Below, in pieces: positions 52,280-64,000 of a DNA stretch of 64,000 nucleotides. Where the stretch lies: positions 8,190,973 to 8,254,972 of the forward strand of contig OZ037770.1 of assembly GCA_964035545.1 (NCBI GenBank), written 5' to 3'. Each line of letters opens with the position of its first letter. Position 1 is the first letter of the stretch. This DNA comes from Bugula neritina (lineage: Eukaryota > Animalia > Bryozoa). The translations under genes were made by a program, and so were the position numbers. The notes under the pieces are model-generated. The model saw only the letters and a program-made list of their open reading frames with translations. It was not told the origin of the DNA and made no database searches.

Positions 52280-53575
52280 AGTATCTACTGTTACGTGAAT
52301 CAGAGTTAGTACTGTTATATGAATTAGAGTAAGTACTGTTATGTGAATAACAGTAAATACTGTTATGGGAATAAGAGTAAGTACTGTTGTGTGAATAAGA
52401 GTAAGTACTGTTATATGAATAAGAGTAAGTACTGTTATGTGAATAAGAGTAAGTGCTGTTATGTGAATAAGAGTAAGTACTGTTACATGAATAAGAGTAA
52501 ATACTGTTATGTGAATAAGAGTAAGTACTGTTATATGAATAAGAGTAAGTACTGTTATGTGAATAAGAGTAAGTAATGTTATATGAATAAGAGTAAGTAA
52601 TGTTATGTGAATAAGGGTAAGTACTGTTGTATGAATAAGAGTAAGTACTGTTATGTGAATAAGAGTAAGTACTGTTGTATGAATAAGAGTAAGTACTGTT
52701 ATGTGAATAAGAGTAAGTACTGTTGTGTGAATAAGAGTAGATACTGTTATATGAATAAGAGTAAGTGCTGTTATATGAATAAGAGTAAGTACTGTTATGT
52801 GAATAAGAGTAAGTGCTGTTATGTGAATAAGAGTAAGTACTGTTACATGAATAAGAGTAAGTACTGTTATGTGAATAAGAGTAAGTACTGTTAATTGAAT
52901 AAGAGTAAATACTGTTATGTGAATAAGAGTAAGTGCTGTTATGTGAATAAGAGTAAGTACTGTTGTGTGAATAAGAGTAGATACTGTTATATGAATAAGA
53001 GTAAGTGCTGTTATGTGAATAAGAGTAAGTACTGTTATGTGAATAAGAGTAAGTAATGTATGTGAATAAGAGTAAGTACTGTTATGTGAATAAGAATAAG
53101 TACTGTTATGTGAATAAGAGTAAGTACTGTTAATTGAATAAGAGTAAATACTGTTATGTGAATAAGAGTAAGTGCTGTTATGTGAATAAGAGTAAGTACT
53201 GTTATGTGAATAAGAGTAAGTACTGTTATGTAAATAAGAGTAAGTAATGTTATATGAATAAGAGTAGATACTGTTATGTGAATAAGAGTAAGTACTGTTA
53301 TGTGAATAAGAGTAAGTACTGTTATGTGACTAAGAGTAGGTATTGTTATGTGAATAAGAGTAGGTAATGTTATGTGAATAAGAGTAAGTACTGTTATGTG
53401 AATAAGAGTAAGTACTGTTATGTGAATAAGAGTAAGTACTGTTATGTGACTAAGAGTAGGTAATGTTATGTGAATAAGAGTAGGTAATGTTATGTGAATA
53501 AGAGTAAGTACTGTAATATGAATAAGAGTAAGTTTTGTTATGTGAGTAAGGGTAGACATTGTTATGTGAATAAGA
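52280..53575. repeat. 24-bp minisatellite, about 53 copies
   Basis: Unit gtgaataagagtaagtactgttat. Confidence 0.97.
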
Positions 53576-53630
53576 CCTAAAATGCCAGCCATTTTAATGT
53601 GTCTGTGCGGAAGTTTTTTTATCTAACAGT

Positions 53631-53982
53631 AGCTCGCCGCAATTTATTTGAATCAAGCAGTGCTTGATCCTGACATTGTACAAGAAGCTTAGACATTTGT
53701 AAAAATGGCTAATATTTGCTGTTACAGCGTACGGTACTACAACTGTGAATGAGGGGTTAGACACATTGTGCCATAACGTAAAATGTGAGCCATTCTTACC
53801 AAGTTTCGAGCTTCCTGTACGGCATTGTGGTATGTCAGCATCAAGCACTGCTTGATTCAAACAAATTGTGGCGGGCTCCTATTGGAGAGGAAGACATTCA
53901 CGTCAATTTATTGGATATAACTGTCCAATGAGGTGCTATAGATTGTACCCAATAGCACACTTTGAGAACTTTAGCTCGGACA
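53631..53982. mobile_element. Two oppositely oriented fragments of the MITE family seen at 58842-59144
   Basis: 53631-53668 is inverted against 53840-53876; both align to 58890-59080; gtgaatgaggggtta end motif at 53745. Confidence 0.6.
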
Positions 53983-54296
53983 CATGTTGTATTAGGATTT
54001 ATAAGTATGTGTAGTTGTTTCCTCTTGTTGTTGCGTGTGTTTGGGATGCACAACTCTAAGATTAACATAGATATTAGATATGGCGTGGGTGTGGCTTGTG
54101 TAAGTGTTGTAGCTATAAAACCTAGTGTAAATGGGAGAATTGAAAGAATGTAGACAGGTTGAGGAACGATTGAGGATATTTGTATAGAATGTATGCGACC
54201 CAATTAGAATGTGTTAATAGTACGTTAGTGAGTGCTAGCTCAGGATCATAGACTGAAGAGCACCATCAGCCAACTATCCTAACCCGAAGTCTTAAC

Positions 54297-57200
54297 TGTT
54301 TTATTCTCTTGATGTCTATTTATCTAGCAATTATTAGTGGATTAGTTTTCATCTTCAAATTGTTTTAATCAAGCATTATAGTTAGTCAAACAGGAAGTGA
54401 CTATCTTTTTCAAAAACACAATAATAATTGATCAGCTAAAACATCAAGAAAAGGTAACTCCAAGTTTACATAAACTGTGTAAATATCACAACATCCCTTC
54501 TTTAGTTTCAGGCTACAACAAACAAAAAATAACACACAAAAGAAACGGTTTGACAACAGTAATTAAATCAAGTGCAACTTATACTACAGGCGTGGATAAT
54601 AAATTATGTACAATCAAAATCTGTTGAATAGCGTGGCACTTTTCTGGTTCGCTCAGAACATCGTGTTGGGATATTAGTTATGTCAGCTCTGTTACGTATT
54701 AAAGGTTCAGTGTCAGTCATGGCATTTGTTCGACGAGTAATATTATCTGAAGAAGAGGCAGCATAGCCTTCTCTTTGCATATCTCTCACCATCACATTGT
54801 CTCCGTTATTTACTGGCAAAAGAAGGCGCACTTTAGGATTTTGGTCATGATTTTCTTTCATTTTCTCTTTATACTGATCGTTGCTCCTTTTGAATAAGTC
54901 ATGGTCAGAAAGTTCAGGTTTGAGCTTATCCGGATGGATGGGTACAGTGGATCTCAATTTTCTACCCATTAACAATTCTGCTGGAGAGTATGAGCTAAAC
55001 TGCGGTGAGGATCTATAGGCTAACAAAGCCAAATAAGGATCTTTTTTTTGCAAGCATGCTTTTGATAGTCCTTACTCCTCGCTCAGCTGCTCCATTCGCT
55101 CTGTGATAATGTGGACTGCTAGTCACATGGGTAAATCCATACTCGACAGAAAAATGTTTAAATTCTGCACTTGCATATTGCGGGCCGTTATCTGACAGTA
55201 GTATTTCAGGTATGCCATGTCGTGAAAAAATAGATTTCAAGTGTGTTATTACTTTACTTGAGGAAAAGTCAGAGTTTCCCAGGATACCTTGAATAATTAT
55301 CAATAACCAGAAGATATACTTGGCCTTTATAGGTCAATAAATTGGTGCTAAGGTGTTGCCAAGGTCTATTTGGAGTTGCAGAAGGACGTAATGGCTCTGT
55401 AATTTTAGCTGCATGGATTTTGCATTCAGCACAATTGCCGATCATAGCCTCAATAGCCTTTGACATAGAAGGCCACCATACGCTATCTCTAGCCCGTGCT
55501 TGACATTTTGTAATGCTCAAGTGTCCTCTATGTAAATCTTGCAACACCTGTTCTCTTTGAGCTAACGGTAACACCAATCGATTGCCAAGTGTCAAGAATC
55601 CTTTGTTCATTGTTAAAAGAGATCTTCTTTCAAAATAGGGCTTCAGAAGGACATCTTCAGTGGACAAATACCCTGGCCATCCATTTTCTACTAGTTTAAT
55701 TACTTTTGACAGTATTTCATCTTCATGCTGTTCTAAACGAAGCTGCTCCAACCTGCTATCAGATCCATCTTGGTAGATGTTATCGATATAAAGTTCAATT
55801 TCCCTTTCTCTTGCTATATCAATCTCATTTGCTTCAGCAGTGTTATACTTGGAGAGAGCATCAGCTGCAACATTCTAAGACCCCCTCACATGTCTGATAG
55901 TATACTGAAATCTTTGAAGTCTAAGTTTAAACCCTTGAATTCTTGGTGTAAGCCTGTCTAGAAAGATATTCCTGAACAAAGTAACTAGTGGACGGTGATC
56001 AGTTTCAATAATCACATTCTTCATACCTAGTATATATGGAGAAAACTTTTCCATAGCCCAACAGACTGCTAAACTTTCTTTTTCTATGGCTGCATAACGC
56101 TTTTCGGTCTCTGTTAAAGATCGACTTGCAGCAGATATCAAGCGCCGAGAGCCATCTTGTTGAATTTGACATAGTGTTGCCCTTAGACCTGCATTGCTAG
56201 CATCTGTTGTGATTATGGTGTCTTTGTCTACATCATAGACTGCTAGAACTGGGGAATTTTGAAATATTTCTTTTATTCTCTTGAAAGAGTTTTCTTTTTT
56301 GTTGGACCAGTGCCATGGAACATTTTTCTTCAACAGCAATCTAATTGGTTCACTCACAGCAGCTAATTCTTCGAAAAACTTAGCATACTGGTTGGCCATT
56401 CCAAGAAAACTTCGTACTGAGGTTACATTTTTCGGAGTAGGAAAATCTACTATTCCTTGAACTCGAGGGCCAACATGTATACCAGACTGATCTATGACAT
56501 AACCAAGAACATTAACAGATGGTACTCCAAATTTACATTTGTCTTTATTGAGCGTAATGCCTGAAGCTTTAAGTTTTTCCAACACTATTTGCAATCTTGT
56601 GTCATGTTGCTCCTTGCTCTCACCAAAAACCAGTATGTCATCCATATGTATAACCACACCATCAACATCCTTTAAAATATTGTTCATTTCAGCAACAAAA
56701 AATTCTGGTGCACTGCATAAGCCTTGAGGCAGTCGCAAATAGCGATGTCGCCAAGAATGAGTCAGAAATAATGTTAGTTTGCTAAATTCTTTGCTTAAAG
56801 GAATTTGCCAAAATCCACTGTTTGCATCAATCTTGAAAAAAAATTTGTCCTTGTCCTAATTGAGCTAAGCTGCTATCTACTGTTGCCATGGGATGGAATT
56901 CTCTCAAAATATGCTTGTTTAGCTCTGTATAATCTGTGCAAATTCTCACCTTGTTTTGGCCAGGTTTAGGAACTACTACCATAGGCGCCACCCATGGAGT
57001 AGGTTAATCAACTTTAACAATTACTCTATCCTCAATCATTTTCATCAATGCTTCATCTGCTAACTTTCTTCTAGGAAAAGGTATGGGTCTGGGAACATGG
57101 ATAGCAAATGGTTTAGCATCTCCTTTTAACGTAATGACATGCTCTGTATTTACTTTCCCTAATCCTTGAAACAGCTTCTCATCAACACACACATTCTCTA

Positions 57201-58632
57201 TTTGGCATTGAGATGAATCTACAGAGATGAGGTTTAGTTTCTCGCATGCACTACGGCTAAGCAATGGTGTAGTTTGATCTTGAATAACATAAAGGTCTTC
57301 ATTTATGCGCTCATTCTTTGATGTTATCTGGCACTTTATTGTTCCTAAACATGTCAAAAGTGTCTGCCCTGGGCCGTACAAGTTTTTGCTCGTTGAGATT
57401 AGCTCCCCTGAGATGTGATGTGGACCACATACACTAAGAGACGCACCAGTATCTAATTTAAATTTGATTCTTTGTCCTTTGTGTTTGTTGGTGCTTACTC
57501 TGAGATTGCTGTACCAGGATTGAGAATCTATGGAGTTATTGAGATGTGTCTCTCCTAGATAAAAATCTGTGTCACCCTTTTCTGGCTGTACTTCATTAAC
57601 CCTATTCAAATTCCTACACACTCTGGCCAAGTGGTTGAATTTATTGCATTTCGCACATTTAGTTCCATAAGCTGGACCTCTCTGACTTTTGTAATGGCTT
57701 TTCCCACCTTGCTCACATCTGTTCTTAGAATGTTTATCATAAGCAACTTCAGAAGGGATTCTTGACTTCCTATTATCGACATTTTGCACTCCGTTCACTT
57801 CCTCGGGTTTGGGGTCTGGTAGCGTTATCGCTTTAGGTCTTGAAAACTTCTCAGCCACTCTCAGTGACTTAATCACAAAATCTAAACTTAGTTTTTCATC
57901 AACCTCTTTCATTAGTTTTTCTCTTTCATTTGAATCAATAATTCCAAAAAGCAGTTTATCTCTTATCATTGAATCTCTTTGATTGCCAAATTCACAACCT
58001 TTCGCCAGCCTTCGCAATTTCATCAAGTATACATCAATTGTATCTTCACTTTGGCTACTGTTATGAAATTGAAATCTATTCAGCACAATACTAGTGCGAG
58101 GATTACAGTACTCATAAAAACGCTTAATTACATCTTCTAGCATTCTCCCAGCAACCCCTTCTTCAATTTCAGTAATTTCTCCACTAACTTCTAGATTAAA
58201 TTCCATTTGAGAATAAATTTCACGTACATCTTCACCACCATAATGTCTGAATAAGGCTAATTTCCTTTTTTCTGCGGCTCTTGAGTTAGCAGTTAGGTCT
58301 ATTGCTAGCAAATAATCAAATGACCTAATCGAACGCCGCTATTCTCCTGACAAATCTTCTGCTCTTAAATTCAATTGTCCAGGTGGTGAAATGCCTTCCA
58401 TCTTTTAAACTAACCATTAAATTACGCTGCCACCATGTTTTATTCTCTTGATGTCTATTTATCTAGCAATTATTAGTGGATTAGTTTTCATCTTCAAACT
58501 GTTTTAATCAAGCATTATAGTTAGTCAAACAGGAAGTGACTATCTTTTTCAAAAACACAATAATAATTGATCAGCGAAAACATCAAGAAAAGGTAACTCC
58601 AAGTTTACATAAACTGTGTAAATATTACATTA
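54297..58632 (-). mobile_element. Compact Ty3/Gypsy (Mag/K02A2.6-like) LTR retrotransposon, 4336 bp, disabled
   Basis: 197-bp LTRs 54297-54493 and 58436-58632, TTAAC 5-bp target duplication, PBS TGGTGGCAGCG, PPT AAAGAAGGGA; gag knuckle CAKCNKFNHLARVC, FKLDTGA, IHMDD, RNase H, integrase; several stops and frameshifts. Confidence 0.95.
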
Positions 58633-58841
58633 TTAACTTCACCCCTACGGACGAACGGGAGCTGGAGTTACCTAGCAGCTGAGCCATTAACCCGTAACTG
58701 TATACTGGCCCCAAGCTCTCCCAAAGGCTACAACATATATATTATTCGGTAGGTTTACGATACTCTAAATTGTAAAAACACACCATAAGACACATAACCA
58801 ATGGCTGACATTTTACGTTAAGGCGCACGGTAATGCAATTA

Positions 58842-59144
58842 CCTCTCATTCACACTTGGCTGCATCGTATGCCGTAACCTAAAATATAAGCCAGTTTTGC
58901 AAATGTCTGAGCTTATTGTACAGTGCTACGGTATGCTAGGACCAAGCACTGCTTGATTCAAATAAGTTGCTGCTGGCTCCTATCAACAGAAAGACTTTTG
59001 CGTTAACTCATTGGATATAGCTGTTCAATGAAGTGTCATAAATCATACCTATTAGCGAACTTTGAAAACTTCAGCCCGGACAAATTAAAGATTGACTGAC
59101 ATTTTACGTTTCTGCGTACGATATGGCAAAGTGTGAATGAGGGG
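58842..59144. mobile_element. Harbinger-type MITE, 303 bp
   Basis: TIR CCTCTCATTCACACTT / AAGTGTGAATGAGGGG, TTA on both sides. Confidence 0.7.
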
Positions 59145-59449
59145 TTAGTGTGTCTAGGTGGTAAGCTAAAAACAACTATGATACATGTATATATTGTGGA
59201 TCATTTTACAAGAGTAATTTGCCATTTGCGTCATTTTCTAATTTAGGAAATCATAGATATATTTAGTCAGAAATAATTTGTTCTATAAATAAGCAAGTAC
59301 CATTACACGTTTGCTGTATTAGATTAGAATAGATCACCGAAACCACATAAATATGCAATATTAGTTCATACAAACTGTACATATCTAAGCACACTACACT
59401 TAATAAACCTTGTCTCAATGATGTCCCGTCGCAGTTTGCGTACTACTAA

Positions 59450-59792
59450 GCCTAGGGCCACACTGTGCGTATTTTCGCATGCAAAAATTAAAATCACGAG
59501 TAGCAAAGGTGTCCACTGTAGCGTCAGTGATGCGTGATAAATAAAGCGTTCATTTTTAAATCGCACTCGCTTTCAATAAAACGCAATTTACTGGAATATA
59601 GCACTAAATAAAGAAATTGGGCTCGCTGAATAGCTACCAGCCAATTAGGTGACGACGACAGAGACGATTCGCACTTGCGTTGAAAATGCAGAGCGACAAG
59701 TGCGAAGGTTTTCTCAACGCGCACAGTGGACACCTTTGCTACTTGTGATTTCAATTTTCGCATGCGAAAATACGCACCGTGTGGCTCTAGGC
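59450..59792. mobile_element. Second copy (inverted) of the 343-bp MITE at 18066
   Basis: Same TIRs, TAA target duplication. Confidence 0.92.
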
Positions 59793-59835
59793 TAAGTTGG
59801 GTGTTATTTCTCGTTAGTAATTACTGCATATACAC

Positions 59836-60209
59836 TGTGAGGTTATGCGAAGAGCCAAACTAGTTTATCATTTATTAAGAGAACAGTATTGTTAATCAAT
59901 TACGCATGATAAAATCAGTAAAAGTATAAAAGAGAAACAGGTAAAATAGCTGAACAATTACATAAAGTCATCCTAGTTATTTACTAATAGTGTCTAAGAT
60001 TGCTGTCGGCGCCGGAAGGCATTGCTTATATATACAGGGTGGATTCTGATTTGATAAACACAATATTCCGGCGGTGACATCCGTAGTTACTAACAGGGCA
60101 CCGCATAGACATGCACTAAGGGCTTGCGGAGTTGTCGTCCTTGACGTTCGTTTCACCATAATCTATAGAGGCATGTTTATCAGGGGACACTGGGGGGGGG
60201 GGTATATAT
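59836..60209 (-). mobile_element. Possible LTR of a third family, interrupted by the Gypsy insertion
   Basis: Starts TGT; minus-strand TATA (gtatatataag) then AATAAA in LTR-like order; other end not in window. Confidence 0.35.
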
Positions 60210-60547
60210 TGTGGTGGCTCGTGGAGCTACCAGCAACACAGTACGCAAGGTTGCGTATTGACTCGGAACAATGTATTAGCCAATTAGCTAGGCTGCTTTA
60301 TGAGAGTAGTAGCAGCTTCGCGCTACTAGCTCAGTTGAGGATAGTGCTGTAAATTAAATAGACGTGCGTATCATTACTGTTGTACATTAGATTTTATTAT
60401 GTATTCTTGTATTAAAATATAACGATATCTACTCGACTTAACTCGGTGAAGTTTCTCTAGTGATAAATAGACTCTCTTGGTGACACATCAACCCTAAATC
60501 TGAAAAACATAACAGTGGTGGCAGCGGTGGGATAGTGTATATCAAAG

Positions 60548-61414
60548 ATGGAGACTGAAAATGCTAGAATGCAACCACCCCCAGTAGAAGGTGAGCGTAG
60601 AAATGCTGTTAATCCTGTGAATCGTGAAGGAGAAGAAGCTTATAGACATTGCTTGAAGGCTCCCACCTTTACTGGGTCGGAAGATGTCGAACAATTTATA
60701 CAAGAATTTAGAGAGGTAATGGAAGTTGCTCAATGGCCGCATAGAGTGGCCCTTATTCAATTGCGGAGAGCGGTGGCGGAGCAAGCCAAGCCGTACGGAG
60801 TGGGAACGGACGTAGACGGGATACTGGCTGCGCTGCGGGCCCGTTTTGGCACCTCCGTAATAGACGCTAGGACCAAACTAGAGAGATTGTGCCGCACCCC
60901 GCGGACCTCGCTGCAAGAACATGCCACGACGGTGAAGAAGCTGGCGCAGATTGCATATAGCGATCTGCCAGCACAACACCAAGAGCGTTACACCTATGAC
61001 GCCTTTGTCCAGTCACTAAACGACCTGGGCCTAAACCATCACCTACGAGCTAAAGGGATAACCAGAATAGAGGATGCCCTGAAGGCTGGAGAAGCTTACC
61101 TGTTGGCTACCCAAATGCATCGAGCACAAAGGAACCCACCAGTAGTTGGAGTCAGCGCTGCCAGGGCTACGACAGGCTCCGAAGCCCTCCCGCTGGAAGC
61201 CGAAGTGAACCGTATGGTAGAGATGCTGGGACAACTGGTAACCATTCTGGCCGGTGCTGGCCCCGGTCAGGCCCTGCGGGTGCCCCCAACACCTGTGGGG
61301 CAGGGCTGGAGTAGCGCTGATCAGGACCAGGGACAGAAAGGACGATCCCAATACCAGGGGGCGTTAAACTGTCACGGCCCGCGGACACTCTCCCTCTCCG
61401 CGGGATGCAACTAA
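60548..61414 (+). CDS. gag: Gypsy gag (copy 2)
   Basis: 288-aa ORF nearly identical to 48092-48958. Confidence 0.9.
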   Translation: METENARMQPPPVEGERRNAVNPVNREGEEAYRHCLKAPTFTGSEDVEQFIQEFREVMEVAQWPHRVALIQLRRAVAEQAKPYGVGTDVDGILAALRARFGTSVIDARTKLERLCRTPRTSLQEHATTVKKLAQIAYSDLPAQHQERYTYDAFVQSLNDLGLNHHLRAKGITRIEDALKAGEAYLLATQMHRAQRNPPVVGVSAARATTGSEALPLEAEVNRMVEMLGQLVTILAGAGPGQALRVPPTPVGQGWSSADQDQGQKGRSQYQGALNCHGPRTLSLSAGCN

Positions 61415-64000
61415 AGGAGTATGGTGGAACACGCCGTCGTCTGTCCGTACGGACACGGCGGAACATTCCACCCGAGTGGCAGGTACCACGCAGGACTAGT
61501 AGGCCCGCACAACAGCCCAGTACCTTCTCCCTGCCGCTCGCTAACCGGTTTCACCGGTTACCTCGGGAAGAGGAGCCCGCCACTGAAATGGAGCCAGAAG
61601 GCCCAGTGGAGAGCCCCAAACCCCGCCGGCACCAACCTCGCCGCCGGAAGCCCCGTAAATCACGGGTGAAACCCCCGCCGTCCTGTCAATCCAGGACAGC
61701 ACATGCGGGGGGGGGGTGAAAGTACAACCACATGGAGAGAGCTATTTCCTACCCGGAAAGGTGGCTGGCAACGCCGTCACTTTCCTGCTCGACTCCGGTT
61801 GTACTACCAACCTTCTCAGTCGTAGAGTCTTTGAGGCACTGCCCCGCCGGGACAGGGATAGAGTACGACCGTATACTGGAGAACATGGCACCCTGCAGAC
61901 GGGTCATGTATCCCCTTTTATGGTATTATCGAGCTCCCTGGGCGTGTCCGAAATCAGGCTGTACAGGAGACCTTTATCATAGGTCAACTGGAGGAAGATG
62001 CTATCCTCGGAATGCCCTTCTTGAAGCAACACCAGTGCCGAATAGATTTCAGTAAGTCGGTGGTGCTGATGGACGGGCGAGAACTTGCCTGTGTGGATAA
62101 GTTTGGGCGTCCTCTGGTGGGCGGTGTTCAGGTAGTTCGAAACTGCACCGTACCCGGACGCTCCAGAGCTACTATCCACTGCCGAGTGAACAGCAACCGG
62201 ATAGCCAGGCTCGGGGTCGTTGAAAGCGCGCACGAAAGGATCCAACTCGCCAGTAGTTTAAACCGACTAACTGAGCGAGGGGAGGTCTTAGTGCAGTGCG
62301 TCAACCCCTTTACCGAGCCCATTGAGCTCCCAGCTGGGTCAATGCTGGGCCGGTTCCACTCCAGCCAGGAAGAGGACGTGGGCCCGTCGCTGGGTGACGC
62401 GACGGAGGCACCCCCTCGACACCCTATTCAGGGGCGAGGGGCAGTCCCAACACATCTCCGGGAGTTATACGAAACAGCCAGTGGCGGCTGCGCGAGTAAC
62501 AGAGAACGCCAAGCTATGGCCAAGTTACTACGCGACTACGGTGATGTGTTCAGCAGCGGAGAGCATGACGTGGGACTGACTGGAATTGTCAGACACGAAA
62601 TACCGCTGACTGCAGGGACAGTCCCTGTCCAGCATCCCACGCGCAGGCTGGGGCCGGAGAAAGAGAAGGAGGTTAGCCGACAAGTACGGGATCTTCTGGA
62701 CCGGGGACTGATAGAGCCCGCCCATAGTGCGTGGAGCTCGTCAGTCGTACTGGTCCGGAAGAAAGACGGCAGTTGGCGGTTCTGTGTGGACTACCGCAAA
62801 CTCAATAGCGTAACCATACAGGACGCCTACCCTCTACCTCGTATTGACGAGTCATTGGACGCCCTAGCCGGCAGCAAGTACTTCAGTACATTAGACTTGC
62901 TAAGCGGCTATTGGCAGGTTCCTCTGAGTCCCGACGCCCAAGAGAAAGCGGCGTTTATCACACGGGACGGTTTGTGGAAGTGGAAGGTGCTGCCCTTCGG
63001 GTTAACATCCGCCCCAGCCACCTTCCAGAGGCTTATGGAACAAGTCCTTAGCGGACTCCATTGGAAGACACTGCTGGTTTACCTCGATGATGTCATCGTA
63101 ATCTCTCCAGACTTCGAGACACATGTCAGTCGTCTGCAGGAGGTTTTCGAGAGACTCCGAGTTGCCGGTCTTAAGCTCAAACCTTCCAAGTGCGCTCTAT
63201 TGCAGCCGGAGGTCAAGTACCTGGGGCACGTTGTCGGTCGAAACGGCGTGGCAACGGATCCCGAAAAGGTGCGGGCAGTAGAAGACTGGGTCACCCCCCA
63301 AGACCTGACCGGACTCCGGGCTTTCTTGGGGCTGGTAGGGTATTACAGGCAATACATACCAGACTTTGCGGGCATAGCCCAGCCGTTAAACCGGCTCACC
63401 GCAAAGGGAGTGCCGTGGCAGTGGACTCCAGTCGAACAAGAAGCGTTCGACCGCCTCAAGGGCTGCCTACTAACGGCGCCCATCTTGGCCTACCCAGACC
63501 CCACTCTGGAATACATCCTAGACACGGACGCCAGTGACCAGAATGTTGGCGCTGTGCTGTCACAAGTGCAGGAAGGCCGAGAGGTAGTAGTAGCCTACTA
63601 CAGCAAGTCTCTCTCTCCCGCTGAACGAAATTACTGCACTACCCGCAAGGAGCTGCTGGCAGTAATCAAGTATGTGAAGCACTTCAGACCATACCTATAT
63701 GGCAGGAAATTCCGGCTGCGTACGGATCATGCCTCGCTGATCTGGTTGTGCAGGAGAGCGGAGCCCTCTAGTCAGGTCGCCCGGTGGCTCGAAATTCTAG
63801 CTGAATTCTCATACCGGATCGAACATCGACCGGGCAAGAGACACAGCAATGCGGATGGGTTGAGTCGCCGACCTGACGGAGGTTGCAAACAGTGTCTCAA
63901 CATCGAGAGGAGGGATGGAGGTCCCCCCCGATGCGAGTTGGAGACGCTGGCTCATCACGGAGCACCGTTTGACTGGGATCAAGGTCAACTCAGGCAAAGA
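61363..64000 (+). CDS. pol: Gypsy pol (copy 2), partial, with frameshifts near 61710 and 61895
   Basis: LLDSG, WRFCVDYRKLN, YLDD, RNase H DTDAS motifs. Confidence 0.9.

Larger units (their letters stand above)
60210..64000 (+). mobile_element. Second copy of the 41851-49298 Gypsy family, opposite orientation, runs off window end
   Basis: LTR 60210-60514, tRNA-Leu PBS 60516-60533, gag, pol PR-RT-RH nearly identical to the first copy. Confidence 0.96.

Noticed and set aside
52343-53592. Cys/Tyr-rich (VNKSKYCY)n and (HITVLTLI)n ORFs; CRISPR-like look
   Set aside because: Translations of a 24-bp minisatellite with no unique spacers, interrupted frames and eukaryotic context

Overview
AT-rich metazoan (invertebrate-like) genomic DNA with GT-AG introns. 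(1) A large minus-strand gene (about 18413-50306) encodes a signal peptide, about 16-17 fibronectin type III (FN3) modules, an R3 receptor-tyrosine-phosphatase-type membrane-proximal domain with an RKKR furin site, and one TM helix. No phosphatase-domain exon is visible downstream. The FN3 array grew by about 2.36 kb and 5 kb tandem duplications of phase-1 exon cassettes, several now disabled. A truncated paralog lies at 1-1676. (2) A six-exon minus-strand gene (5329-9378) encodes a secreted NHL/beta-propeller-like protein. (3) The window is rich in transposons. A near-intact 7.4 kb Ty3/Gypsy element (41851-49298) has a -1 frameshift signal and an intact third ORF in the env position encoding a C2H2 zinc-finger/coiled-coil protein; this is the best novelty candidate. 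A second copy lies in opposite orientation (60210-end). Also present are a Mag/K02A2.6-like LTR element, an RT-less BEL/Pao element, an Academ-like TIR element with a nested RTE LINE, Harbinger-type MITEs, tRNA-derived SINEs and several minisatellites. All calls were made by eye, without database searches.
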